A stretch of 21,767 nucleotides of DNA from an uncultured delta proteobacterium (GTDB lineage Bacteria > Myxococcota > Myxococcia > Myxococcales > Anaeromyxobacteraceae): contig CAWFDF010000015.1 of NCBI GenBank assembly GCA_963814585.1, forward strand, positions 1 through 21,767, in the 5' to 3' direction. The position numbers and the translations under genes are program-made. Below the pieces are notes generated by a model, which saw nothing but the letters and a program-made list of their open reading frames with translations, was not told where the DNA came from and ran no database searches. How positions within the stretch are numbered: the first letter of the stretch is position 1; each line of letters starts with the position of its first letter. Positions 1 through 8,984 of this stretch are shown piece by piece.

Positions 1-653
1 AAGGCCCTCGGGGTGACGCACGTCATCGCCAGCGGCGCCGTCGGCAGCCTCCGCGAGGAGGTGGCCCCCGAGCACCTGGTGATCCCGGACCAGGTGATCG
101 ACAAGACCTTCCGCCGCGCCGGCACCTTCTTCGAGGAGCGGCCGTCCACGTGGAACTGGCGGCACCGTTCTGTGGCGGCCTTCGCAACGCGCTGGTCAAG
201 GGGGGGGCCGGCTTTCCGGTCCGCATCCACCAGGGCGGCACCTACGTCTGCATGGAAGGTCCTCAGTTCTCCACCCGCGCAGAGAGCGAGCTGCACCGGA
301 GCTGGGGCGCCTCGCTGATCGGCATGACGGTGATGCCCGAGGCCAGGCTGGCCCGGGAGGCCGAGCTCTGCTACGCGCTGGTGGCGCTGCCGACCGACTA
401 CGACTGCTGGAGGCCCCACCCGGCCAACCTCGACCAGTCCAAGCTGATCGAGGAAATCCTCGGCAACATCAAGACCGCCACCCAGAACGCCATCGAGCTG
501 GTGCGGCGGTCGATGCCGCACGTGGCGGCGCTGGCCGAGAAGACCTGCACCTGCCAGTCGGCACTGGCGCTCGGCATCTGGTCGGACAGGAGCAAGCTCT
601 CGGAGGAGACCCGCACCCGGCTCAAGCCGCTGATCGGCAAGTACCTCGGGTAG
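1..653 (+). CDS. mtnP: S-methyl-5'-thioadenosine phosphorylase (5'-truncated by window edge; frameshift near 140)
   Basis: Stitched frames give ...GVTHVIASGAVGSLREE...IPDQVIDKT and GTYVCMEGPQFSTRAESELHRSWGASLIGMTVMPEARLAREAELCY...PTDYDCW. EGPQFST, GMT..PE and TDYD are MTAP-family motifs. Stop TAG at 651-653. Confidence 0.93.
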   Translation, partial: GPRGDARHRQRRRRQPPRGGGPRAPGDPGPGDRQDLPPRRHLLRGAAVHVELAAPFCGGLRNALVKGGAGFPVRIHQGGTYVCMEGPQFSTRAESELHRSWGASLIGMTVMPEARLAREAELCYALVALPTDYDCWRPHPANLDQSKLIEEILGNIKTATQNAIELVRRSMPHVAALAEKTCTCQSALALGIWSDRSKLSEETRTRLKPLIGKYLG

Positions 654-664
654 CGAGGCGGTGA

Positions 665-1099
665 TCAGGCCGGCGGCGCGGCGAGCGCAATCAGCGCCAG
701 CTCGCGGACGTTGGGCGGGCAGTCGACCGCGGCCAGCTCGGCCTCGGTGACCCAGCGGACCCCGTCGAACTCGTCGCAGTCCTCGACCTGCCGAGTCGGC
801 ACGTCGGCGACGAAGGCGAAGTTGAGGTGCAGCCCCTTGCTCCCGGCGGGGTGCTCCTCGTAGCCGATCAGCCCCGGTGGCGTGCCGTCGACGCCGAGGC
901 CGGCCGGGAAGCGGCCCGGGAGGCCGGTCTCCTCGAGGAGCTCCCGCCTCGCCGCCTCCAGCGGCGTCTCGCCGGGCTCGAGCTCGCCGCCCACGGGAAG
1001 CCAGGTGCCGAGCCTGCGGTGGTGGATGAGCAGCACGGCCCCGTCATGGCGGCAGAAGATCGCCACCGAGAAGGTCCGGCGGCCGGCGGTGCGAGGCAT
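665..1099 (-). CDS. NUDIX hydrolase
   Basis: Intact Nudix box GGELEPGETPLEAARRELLEETGL. ATG at 1099 is preceded by an AGGGAG Shine-Dalgarno-like sequence. Confidence 0.92.
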   Translation of the reverse strand: MPRTAGRRTFSVAIFCRHDGAVLLIHHRRLGTWLPVGGELEPGETPLEAARRELLEETGLPGRFPAGLGVDGTPPGLIGYEEHPAGSKGLHLNFAFVADVPTRQVEDCDEFDGVRWVTEAELAAVDCPPNVRELALIALAAPPA

Positions 1100-1127
1100 G
1101 GCGTCTCCCTGGTTCATGACCATCCAG

Positions 1128-1795
1128 TCAGCGGGTAGGACGGCGCCGTGGCGGCCGGGCCGGCGGGGCGAGCAGCCCCTGGTAGAGGACGGCCAGGTAG
1201 GCCTCCGCCCAGCCGCCCAGGTCGGGCCTGGCCCGGAGGCCGGCCATGCGCCGGGCGCAGCTCTCGTAGCCGCCCGTGACCAGGTCGCCGACCACCTCGG
1301 CGTCGAGGCCGGGGCGGAGCAGGCCGGCCGCCTCGAGCCCGGCGACGCGCGCGGAGGCCAGGCCGCGCATGCGGCCGCGGAGGAGGTCCATCGGGCCTCG
1401 ACCAGCGGTGGCCGCCAGCGCCGTCGAGCACCCGCTGCAGCTGGCGGTTGGCCCAGAGCAGCTCGAGCAGCTCGGTGTCGAGGGCGCGCTCCATCCTGAA
1501 CCACCGGGCCGTCGCGCCGGCCGTCGGTCGCCGCCGTCGCGGGGCCGCGTCGAGGCGGGCGGTGGCGGTCACCCGGCGCTGTGCCAGCGCCTCGATGGCG
1601 CCGAGGAAGCGCTGCAGCAACTGGTGGAAGGCCTCTTCCTTGGTGCGGAAGTGGAGGTAGAAGGCCCCCTTGGAGATGCCGGCGCGGCGGGCGATGTCCT
1701 CGACACGGGCGCGCTCGAGGCCGCGGAGCGCGAACTCGGCGCGGGCGGCTTCGAGGAGCGCCTGGTGGACGCCGGGTCGGGGCAGGGCGGGCCAT
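1128..1795 (-). CDS. TetR/AcrR family transcriptional regulator (frameshifted in this sequence)
   Basis: N-terminal HTH ALLEAARAEFALRGLERARVEDIARRAGISKGAFYLHFRTKEE. The C-terminal part (GLLRPGLDAEVVGDLVTGGY...YQGLL) is in another frame. Confidence 0.9.
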
Positions 1796-1801
1796 GCTGG
1801 C

Positions 1802-1830
1802 CTTGTAGTCCTCCCGGGGGCCGGCGGCAA
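1802..1830 (-). promoter_or_regulatory. Putative sigma70 promoter of tetR (TTGCCG-17 bp-TACAAG), predicted start at the ATG (leaderless)
   Basis: On the minus strand the -35 is at 1830-1825 and the -10 at 1807-1802. Standard spacing puts +1 at 1795, the A of the ATG. No SD sequence is visible. Confidence 0.5.
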
Positions 1831-1836
1831 GCGGAG

Positions 1837-1850
1837 TGACCGCCGGGTCA
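1837..1850. promoter_or_regulatory. Palindrome TGACC-N4-GGTCA, candidate TetR operator
   Basis: Perfect 5-bp inverted repeat just upstream of the tetR promoter, flanked by an A-rich patch. TetR proteins commonly autoregulate through such sites. Confidence 0.55.
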
Positions 1851-1899
1851 GAAAATGGCGCGGGGCCGCCGCGGGCGTCGCCCGAGGCCCGGCCACCGA

Positions 1900-2758
1900 T
1901 CAGCGACGCTCGGCCCGGTCGGCCGCGGCGGCCTCGGCGGCGGCCTGCTCCCGGCGCCCCATTCCGGCCGCCACCCCGGAGGCTCGCCGATGCAGCGCGG
2001 CAGCCTCGGACCCGCCCGCGGCATCGCCGTCGGCGAGCCGGGCGGCCGCGGCGAGCGCATGGAGGAGCGCAGGCCGATCGTCACCGCTCGAGAGCGGCGC
2101 GAGTGCGGCGCGGTACTCCGCGCGAGCGGCTGCGACGTGGCCTTCGCGCTCGGCCGCCATGCCCCGGGCAAGGCGGAGGGGGCCCGCGTTCTCCGGGGCG
2201 TCACCTGCCAGTGCCTCCGCGGCGTCGTAGCGGGTCCGGGCCTCCTCCGGCGGAGCCCAGGGATCCCAGCCCGAGCTCGGCGAGCGCGGCGGCCACCCGG
2301 TCCCCCCCGGCCGTGGCGAGGGTGCGCGCCTGCTGGAGCGGCCCGGCCACGTCGCCCTGGCCGGTGGTGCGCCGGGCCCTCGCCAGGCCGAGCAGGGCTC
2401 GCGCGGAGAGCGGCAGGTTCCCGGCCTGCCGTGCCAGCACCGCTCCGCGTTCGAGCGGGTCGACCGCGAGGGCGGCATCGCCCGCAGCCAGCAGCGCCAG
2501 CCCCTGCCGGCAGGCCGCGTCGGCGGCCAGGTCGGATCGATCGCCGGCGGCGGCGCTGGAGGAGGCGCGACCATAGAGGGCGGCCGCGGTGCGTGGGTCG
2601 TCGAGGCGGCGAGCGGTCTCTCCGGCCGTCCGCTGGCGGAGGGCCAGGGCCTCGGCGGGCGGCGGACGGGGCGCGGCGCAGGCCGCGGTGGCGAGGAGCA
2701 CCAGGCCGGCGAGGCGCGCAGCGGACGGGGATGGATGACGCATCGCCGAGGTCATCAT
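1900..2758 (-). CDS. Ala/Leu-rich helical-repeat (TPR-like) lipoprotein (frameshift near 2270)
   Basis: Signal peptide with lipobox LVLLATAA|C and repeated helical segments (AAALYGRA, ARALLGLARA, RLARGMAAERE...AARAEYRAAL). ATGA overlap with the upstream MlaD stop. Confidence 0.7.
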
Positions 2759-3818
2759 GGACGCCCCTCCATGGCAGGGCGAGCCGGCGGGAGGGGAGCA
2801 GGCCGCGGGGTGGCGCCCGGCTCGAAGTCCAGCACGGCGGGTGGCACCGGCAACCCCGGCTCGGGGACGGCGCCTCGCAGCAGCCAGTGCTCGTTGAGGA
2901 GGTCGAGGGCCCGGTTGGCCTGGAGCACCAGCACCTGCACCTGTCCGAAGAGCACCTCGGAGATCGGCGCCCCGGCTGCGGGCGCGGTCGGCCAGCTCGC
3001 TGGCCCGGTCGGCCAGCCTGGCGGAAGCGCCCATGAGCGCGTCCAGCTTGGCCCAGCTGGCGTGCAGGTCATCGAGCAGCACGGCGGTCCTGTCGTAGAG
3101 CGCCTCGTCGGTGGCGAGCCGCCCCAGCGTGCCGCGCCCCTCGCGCACCCCTTGGAGGAGCTGCTCGGCCTCGGCCAACGCCCGGGAGGCATGCGCCACC
3201 GCCTCCTCCCGCTCCACCGCCCTCGCCAGGCGATCCAGGGAGCGGACCAGCTGGTCGGCGTTCTCGGCGGTGCCGGCCCGCTGCGCCTGGGCCAGGATGG
3301 CGTCGGTTCGATCCGGGATGGACTGGGAGCGCGAGAGCATGAGCGGGATCTGCTCCCGGATCTGCTCCACCGTCTCCCGGGCCTTCACGGCGGGGTCGCC
3401 CTCGGCCACGCCGTCCATGACGCGCCCCTCCGGCCAGGGGGCCGCCAGGCCGCCCGCGTCCAGCTCGATGTTGAGCTCGCCGACCAGGCCGGCCAGTGGC
3501 ACGCGCAGCGTGGCCCGGGCGTCCTCGCGGAGCACGTCTCGTGCGCATGCAGCAGCGAGAGGCTGGTCCGAATCAGCGCGCCGTCCCGGGAGGTGGCCAC
3601 CACCTTGCCCACCACGTCGCCGGCCAGCCTCACCCGAACCCCGGGTCGGACCACCGCGGCCTGCGCCGCCGGGAAGGTGACCTCCAGGTCGGCTCGCTGC
3701 TCGAAGACGTTGCGTCCGCGGCCGATGACGACCAGCGCGGCGAGCAGGAGGGCCAACGAGGCCAGCACGAAGACACCGACGATCTCGCGGACGTGGCGCA
3801 GCGGGGAGCGGTTGTCAT
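2755..3818 (-). CDS. MCE/MlaD-family protein (copy 2; several frameshifts)
   Basis: N-terminal TM (EIVGVFVLASLALLLAALVVIG), MCE motif VRPGVRVRLAGDVVGKV, long helical region and GRGTLGRLATDEALYD. Confidence 0.85.
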
Positions 3819-4476
3819 GCTGGGGTCACCGGGATGGAGAGGCGCCTGGCGCCGAGCGCCGTAGCCAGCGCCAGGTCGGGTGAAGTCACCAGGAGCGAGT
3901 GGCCTGGCTGGCGCGCCCAGGTCTCCAGGGCGGCCGTCAGGGCCCGCGCGGAATCCTCCTCGAGGTCGTCGAGCGGGTCGTCCACCAGCAGCAGGGTCGG
4001 ATCGAGCAGCACCGCCCGGGCCAGCGCCACCCTCCGGCGCACCGCCAGGGTCACGAACTCGGGCCGCCGGTCGGGAGCCTCCTCGAGGCCGAAGCGGGCC
4101 AGGGCGACGGCGCAGCGGGCCGCGGCATCGACGTGCCCGTGGAACTCGAGGGGCAGGAGCAGGTTCTCGCGCAGCGTGAGGTTGGCGAGCAGGGCCCCCC
4201 GGTGGGGCAGCCAGCCCACCCGGGAAAGGAGCGAGGCGGTGGCTCGGCGCGGCAGGGTGGCGGGGTCCTCACCGAACAGCCGCACCGTGCCGGCCAGCGG
4301 GCGCTCCAGGCCCACCAGGGCGCGCAGGACCGCGCCGCCGGCCTCGGTCGGGCCGTGCAGGTGGAGGATCTGCCCGGACCGACCACGAGGTCGAGACCGG
4401 CGAGGCCATCCAGCGAGAGGCCGGAGACCTCGGCGAGCGGCGACTCGGCCCGTGCGGCCGTGGCGGCGGCGGTCAT
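3815..4476 (-). CDS. ABC nucleotide-binding-domain homolog (MlaF-like) with degenerate catalytic motifs; frameshift near 4375
   Basis: The ABC scaffold is recognisable (LVGLERPLAGTVRLFGED, LLANLTLRENLLLPL, RRRVALARAVLLDPTLLLVDDP). Walker A reads GPTEAGGA, the signature reads VTLAV, Walker B reads DD and the switch reads SP. ATGA overlaps at both ends. Confidence 0.85.
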
Positions 4477-5270
4477 GTGAGGTAGAGGAAGGCGGAGACC
4501 AGGGTGTTCCAGCCAAAGGCGACCGAGAAGGCACGCACCACGGTAGCGGTGACGGCGGGCGGTACGTCGGTGGTGCTGCGCCAGGCCGCGAGCCCCTCCA
4601 GGCAAGCGACCGCCGCGATGGTGAGCCCCGGTACCAACGTCTTGGCGAGCAGGGCGGCGCCGTCGGCGCCCTGGAGCGCTCGGGCCACCTGGGCCAGGAG
4701 GTCGGTCGGTGCCGGGCCACCCAGCAAGGACGAGAGCAGGGCGCTCGCCCCGAGCGACGCTGCCAGGAAGAAGATGGTGAGGGCGACGAGCGACACCGCG
4801 GTGCCGAGGAGGCGGGGCACCACCAGGTACTCGAAGGGGTCGATGCCCAGAGCCGCCAGCGTGTCCACCTCGCCATCCACGCGCATGGTGGCGAGCTCCG
4901 CGGCCATGGCCGTCCCGCTCCGGGCGATGACGATGGTGACCGCCACCACCGGCCCGAGCTCGCGGACCAGCACCACCACCAGCACGGTGCCGAGCACCTC
5001 TCCGCCGGCCGCGGCCGACCAGGGCGCCTGGGCCGCCACCACCAGGGCCACCATGGAGGCGAGGAGGAGCGCGAAGGGGACCGCCTTGACGCCGGTGAAG
5101 TAGACCTGCCGGTAGAACACCTGCCGCACCGCTGGCCGCAGCCGTCCACCGGCCGCCAGCAAGGTCCAGAGGGTCTCACCGATGAGGGCGGCCAGCCGGA
5201 CCGCGTAGCTGGCGCCATCCACCACGGGTGTTCCCAGGGTGCGGGATAGCGAGAGGAGACGGGTCCGCAT
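4473..5270 (-). CDS. mlaE: MlaE-family ABC permease (copy 2, no STAS domain)
   Basis: RQVYFTGVKAVP, VLVRELGPVVAVTIVIARSGTAMAAELATMRVDGEVDTLAALGIDPFEYLVVPR. Intact ORF. Alternative start at 5279. Confidence 0.92.
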   Translation of the reverse strand: MRTRLLSLSRTLGTPVVDGASYAVRLAALIGETLWTLLAAGGRLRPAVRQVFYRQVYFTGVKAVPFALLLASMVALVVAAQAPWSAAAGGEVLGTVLVVVLVRELGPVVAVTIVIARSGTAMAAELATMRVDGEVDTLAALGIDPFEYLVVPRLLGTAVSLVALTIFFLAASLGASALLSSLLGGPAPTDLLAQVARALQGADGAALLAKTLVPGLTIAAVACLEGLAAWRSTTDVPPAVTATVVRAFSVAFGWNTLVSAFLYLT

Positions 5271-5277
5271 CGTTGCC

Positions 5278-5306
5278 ATCCCAACCCGCGCCCGGCGGCG
5301 CGTCAA
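5278..5306 (-). promoter_or_regulatory. Putative sigma70 promoter for the second MCE operon (TTGACG-17 bp-TGGGAT)
   Basis: The -35 is at 5306-5301 and the -10 at 5283-5278. Predicted +1 is about 5271-5270, i.e. at ATG 5270. Confidence 0.45.
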
Positions 5307-5379
5307 GCCGCCCCGGCCGGGCTCTCCGTGCGGCGGGCCGGGGCGTCGCGGCGTCGGACCCGCTCCTCCACCGCCGGCT

Positions 5380-6018
5380 TCACTCACCGGGCAGCCGGTG
5401 CCGCCGCCACCCATCGCCCAGCTCGGCGCACCACTCGGCCGCCTCGGCGAGGGCGCGCTGGACGGCCACGCTGGCCGCGGCGGCGCCTCCCGCGGCGTCC
5501 TCGCTGGGGGCGGGCTCGACCTCCTCGAGCTCCTGGTGCCGATGACGCGGTGACCGGCCAGGTCGGTGAGCTGGAGCCGCAGCGTGCAGCGCACCCGGCT
5601 CGGCGGCCCGGTGAACTCCTGCTGGAGCCGGGCCAGCTCCACGTCGAGGCGGAGATCGGGGCTGGTCCCCTGGGCCACCGCGGTGACCGCCTGGAACCGG
5701 CCGGTCCGCTCCAGCGCCCTGATGGCCAGCGGGCCGAGCATGCGGGCCGGCGGCTCCACCCATTGGCTCTCTGGAGAAGTACTGGAGCTGGTTGGGGCGC
5801 AGCAGGTAGGCGATGCGAGGGCCGTCGAGCCCGGGGCCGGCGCGGAGGGCCGGAACCAGGAGCACGGGGCCGGAGGCCGAACCGGAGACCGGACCACCAT
5901 CGAAGGGCGGGTCGATGGTGAAGAGCTGGATCGGCTCGGGCCGGGGCAGCGAGAGGCAGGCGCCGAGGAGCAGGGCGGCGGTGGCGCCGAGGCGCAGCGT
6001 CGTCGAGGTGGCGCGCAT
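5380..6018 (-). CDS. PqiC-like ABC-transport auxiliary lipoprotein (two compensating frameshifts near 5770 and 5530)
   Basis: Lipobox LLLGA|C. Motifs PGLDGPRIAY...LQYF, QWVEPPARML and LRLDVELARLQQEF are typical of the PqiC/ABC_trans_aux family. It lies directly after mlaD. Confidence 0.88.
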   Translation of the reverse strand: MRATSTTLRLGATAALLLGACLSLPRPEPIQLFTIDPPFDGGPVSGSASGPVLLVPALRAGPGLDGPRIAYLLRPNQLQYFSREPMGGAAGPHARPAGHQGAGADRPVPGGHRGGPGDQPRSPPRRGAGPAPAGVHRAAEPGALHAAAPAHRPGRSPRHRHQELEEVEPAPSEDAAGGAAAASVAVQRALAEAAEWCAELGDGWRRHRLPGE

Positions 6019-6967
6019 CTATTCCCCCGGCCCGGCCGGAGCGGCTCCGCGCCCCTGGAGCAGGAACCCCGGGTTGCGCTCCAGCTCGCTCGACACCCGC
6101 CCCAGCGAGGCGGTCAGCGCCCGGAGCTCCACGACCAGGAGCCCCACCTCCGGCAGGGTCTCGGCCTCGAACCGCTGGATCGCGCCGCTGGTCCCGCTCG
6201 CCGCCCGGTCGACGCCGTCGAGCGCGGTCCGTGCCGAGGTCCCGGCCAGCGCCATCGACTCGGCCATCCTCTCCACCGCCGCAGCGCTCCGCTCGACGCG
6301 CTCGACGAGGCGGGGGAGGGCGGCGCTGGCCTCGGCGCCGTTCCGGGCGAGCACCGCCGTGCTGGCCACCATCGCCTCGAGAATCGGCCGAGCGCCGCGC
6401 GAAGGCCAGGGTCACCTGGCGCAGGTCGGCGACGGTGGCGCGCAGGGTGGCGCGGGTCTCCTGGTCGAGCAGGTCGCTGACGCGCCGGGTCGACTCGTCG
6501 AGGTTGGCCAGCAGGGTGGTCCCGGCGGTGTCGAGGCGGCGCATCAGGGAGGGGCCGGTCCGGATGACCGGGTGCGAATCGCCTGGCCCGGCCCGGAGAT
6601 CGGGCGAGCCGCGGGTTCCGCCCGAGAGCTCGACGTAGGCGAGCCCGGTCAGCCCCTGCACGCCGAGGATGGCGACCGAGTCCTCCTTCACCGGCGTCCC
6701 CTGCTCCACCTCGAGCACCAGCCGGACGCGCTCCGGGTTGGCTGGGTCGAGCGAGATCTCGCGCACCGAGCCGACCGCCACGCCCCGGCTCCGCACCGGC
6801 GCGTGGAGGTTGAGCCCCGAGACCGACTCGGTGAAGTAGGCCAGGTAGGTGCCGTACTGCTTCTGCGACAGGCGGCCGGAGCCGAGCCAGAGCACCGCGG
6901 CGATGCCGGCCGCGCCGAGCACCAGCACGAAGAGCCCCACCACCGTCAAGCTCACCTTGGTTTCCAT
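6019..6967 (-). CDS. mlaD: MCE/MlaD-family protein (copy 1; frameshift near 6385)
   Basis: METK...VVGLFVLVLG TM, FTESVSGLNLHAPVRSRGVAVGSV, QGLTGLAYVELSGG and C-terminal LERNPGFLLQG...PGE. Confidence 0.92.
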
Positions 6968-7743
6968 GACTGCTCCATGGCCCCTCGACCGCGCGGGCCG
7001 ACGAAGTACTCCCGCACCACCGGGTGCTCCGACCGCGAGAGCTCCACCATGGTCCCGACGCCGACCACCCGGCCCTCGGCCAGGAAGGCCACCCGGTCGG
7101 CGACCCGCCAGAGCAGGTCGAGGTCGTGGGAGACGATGACGATGGTGGGGCCGAGCAGCTGCTTCAGGTGGCGGACCAGGTCGTCGAAGCCGGCCGCGCT
7201 CGAGGAATCGAGCCCGGCGGTCGGCTCGTCGAGGAAGAGGATCTCCGGGTCGAGGGCGATGGCCCGCGCCAGCGCGGCGCGCTTGCGCATGCCGCCGGAG
7301 AGCTGGGACGGGTAGAGCGCGCCGGCGGCGGGGGGGAGCCCGGCCAGGGCGATCTTGAGCGCCGCCAGCTGATCGATCAGGGCGCCGCCGAGGCGGGTCT
7401 GCTCGCGCAGGGGGAGGGCGACGTTGTCGGCCACGGTGAGGGCCCCGAAGAGCGCGCCGCGCTCGAACATCACGCCGCAGCGGCGGCGCAGGGTGAGCGC
7501 CGCCTCCTCGGCGAGGCCGACCACCTCCTGGCCGAGCAGCCGGATGGAGCCGGAGTCGGGCCGGAGCAGGTGGATGATCTCGCGGAGCAGCGTCGACTTG
7601 CCGCAGCCGCTGGCGCCGGCCAGGGCGAAGATCTCCCCGCGCCGGACCGAGAGGCTGACGCCCTCGTGGACCACCGTTCTCCCGAAGCGGGTGTGCACGT
7701 CGAGGATCTCGAGGACCGGCTCCGGGGGGCGAGGCTCGGCCAT
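6952..7743 (-). CDS. mlaF: MlaF-like ABC transporter ATP-binding protein
   Basis: Walker A GASGCGKST, signature LSGGM, Walker B ILFLDEP and switch VSHD are all present. Intact ORF from ATG 7743. Confidence 0.95.
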   Translation of the reverse strand: MAEPRPPEPVLEILDVHTRFGRTVVHEGVSLSVRRGEIFALAGASGCGKSTLLREIIHLLRPDSGSIRLLGQEVVGLAEEAALTLRRRCGVMFERGALFGALTVADNVALPLREQTRLGGALIDQLAALKIALAGLPPAAGALYPSQLSGGMRKRAALARAIALDPEILFLDEPTAGLDSSSAAGFDDLVRHLKQLLGPTIVIVSHDLDLLWRVADRVAFLAEGRVVGVGTMVELSRSEHPVVREYFVGPRGRGAMEQSWKPR

Positions 7744-7745
7744 GG

Positions 7746-8867
7746 TCAGATCCCCAGGGAGGCGAAGACCACCGAGAACAGGGCGTCGACGACGATGATG
7801 GCGAAGATCGACTGGACCACGCTCACGGTGGTGCGCCGCCCCACGCTCTCGGCGTCGCCGCGGGCCTGGAAGCCCTGGTGGCAGCCGATCAGGGCGATGA
7901 TGGCGGCGAAGACCGGGGCCTTGCCGAGCCCGACGAGGTAGTCGGTGAGCCGGACCGCCTGGGCGAAGCGGTCGAGGAAGTCCTCGAAGCTGACGCCGAG
8001 CTCGGCGCGCCCCATGAGCATGCCGCCGCCGACACCGAGGATGTCGGCGAAGACGGTGAGGAGCGGGAGGGCGATGGAGAGCGCCAGGACCTTGGGCAGG
8101 ACCAGCAGGTCGATCGGGGCGATGCCGATGGTGCGCAGCGCGTCGATCTCCTCGGTCACCTTCATGGTGCCGATCTGCGCGGCCCAGGCCGAGCCGGAGC
8201 GGCCGGCCACCACGATGGCGGTGAGCAGGGGGCCGAGCTCCCGGAGCATGGCCAGGCCGACCAGGTCGGCCACGAAGATGTTGGCGCCGTACCGCGCCAG
8301 CTGGAAGGCGCCCTGGTAGGCGATGACCAGCCCCATGAGGCCGGCCAGCAGGCCGACGATGGGGAGCGCGTCGAAGCCGGCGGACTGGAGGGTCTGCAGC
8401 ACGGCGCGCCAGCGGATGCGGGACGGCCTGGCCAGCGATCGGCCCATGGCCACGGTGCTCTCTCCCAGGAAGGCGAGCATCGAGCCGGACTGCTCCAGGA
8501 ACTCGATCCCCCGGGCGCCCAGGCGCGCCAGCGGCCCGGCCGGCGAGGTGGTGACGGGGCCATCGATCGCCGGGGCGCTGACCATCGCGAGCAGGGGCTG
8601 GTGCTCGGGGCGCAGCCGCAGCGACACCCTGCGTCCCTGCCGCTCGAGCGCGCGGGCCGTGACGTGCAGCAGCCAGGTCCCCGCGGTGTCCATGGCCGTC
8701 ACGCCGGAGCAGTCGACCAGGAGCTCCTCGCCGGCCGGCCAGGCCAGCTTCCCGAGCCGCTGCTCGACCCGGTCGATCCGATCGACGGTCCAGCGCCCGG
8801 TGCAGCGGACCTGGCCGTCCAGGATCTCCAGCTCGGCGCCCGCGTTCGCCCGGCCGTCCGCCGCCAT
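7746..8867 (-). CDS. mlaE: MlaE-family permease with N-terminal STAS-like domain
   Basis: N-terminal VDCSGVTAMDTAGTWLL (STAS-like). Permease motifs LRELGPLLTAIVVAGRSGSAWAAQIGTMKVTEEIDAL and ESVGRRTTVSVVQSI. Confidence 0.95.
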   Translation of the reverse strand: MAADGRANAGAELEILDGQVRCTGRWTVDRIDRVEQRLGKLAWPAGEELLVDCSGVTAMDTAGTWLLHVTARALERQGRRVSLRLRPEHQPLLAMVSAPAIDGPVTTSPAGPLARLGARGIEFLEQSGSMLAFLGESTVAMGRSLARPSRIRWRAVLQTLQSAGFDALPIVGLLAGLMGLVIAYQGAFQLARYGANIFVADLVGLAMLRELGPLLTAIVVAGRSGSAWAAQIGTMKVTEEIDALRTIGIAPIDLLVLPKVLALSIALPLLTVFADILGVGGGMLMGRAELGVSFEDFLDRFAQAVRLTDYLVGLGKAPVFAAIIALIGCHQGFQARGDAESVGRRTTVSVVQSIFAIIVVDALFSVVFASLGI

Positions 8868-8984
8868 GGCCCGATGGTAGTGATGCTGGAGGTGGAGGGG
8901 GTGCCGTTGCGGCGCCATGCCGCAGCACCTCTTGTGGCGTGCGGGCCTCATCCGCCGCCGCCGGCCCCTTCGTGGCCGAGCAGC

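Noticed and set aside
654..664. Terminator between the convergent mtnP and NUDIX genes
   Set aside because: The gap is only 11 bp, with no hairpin or U-tract visible.
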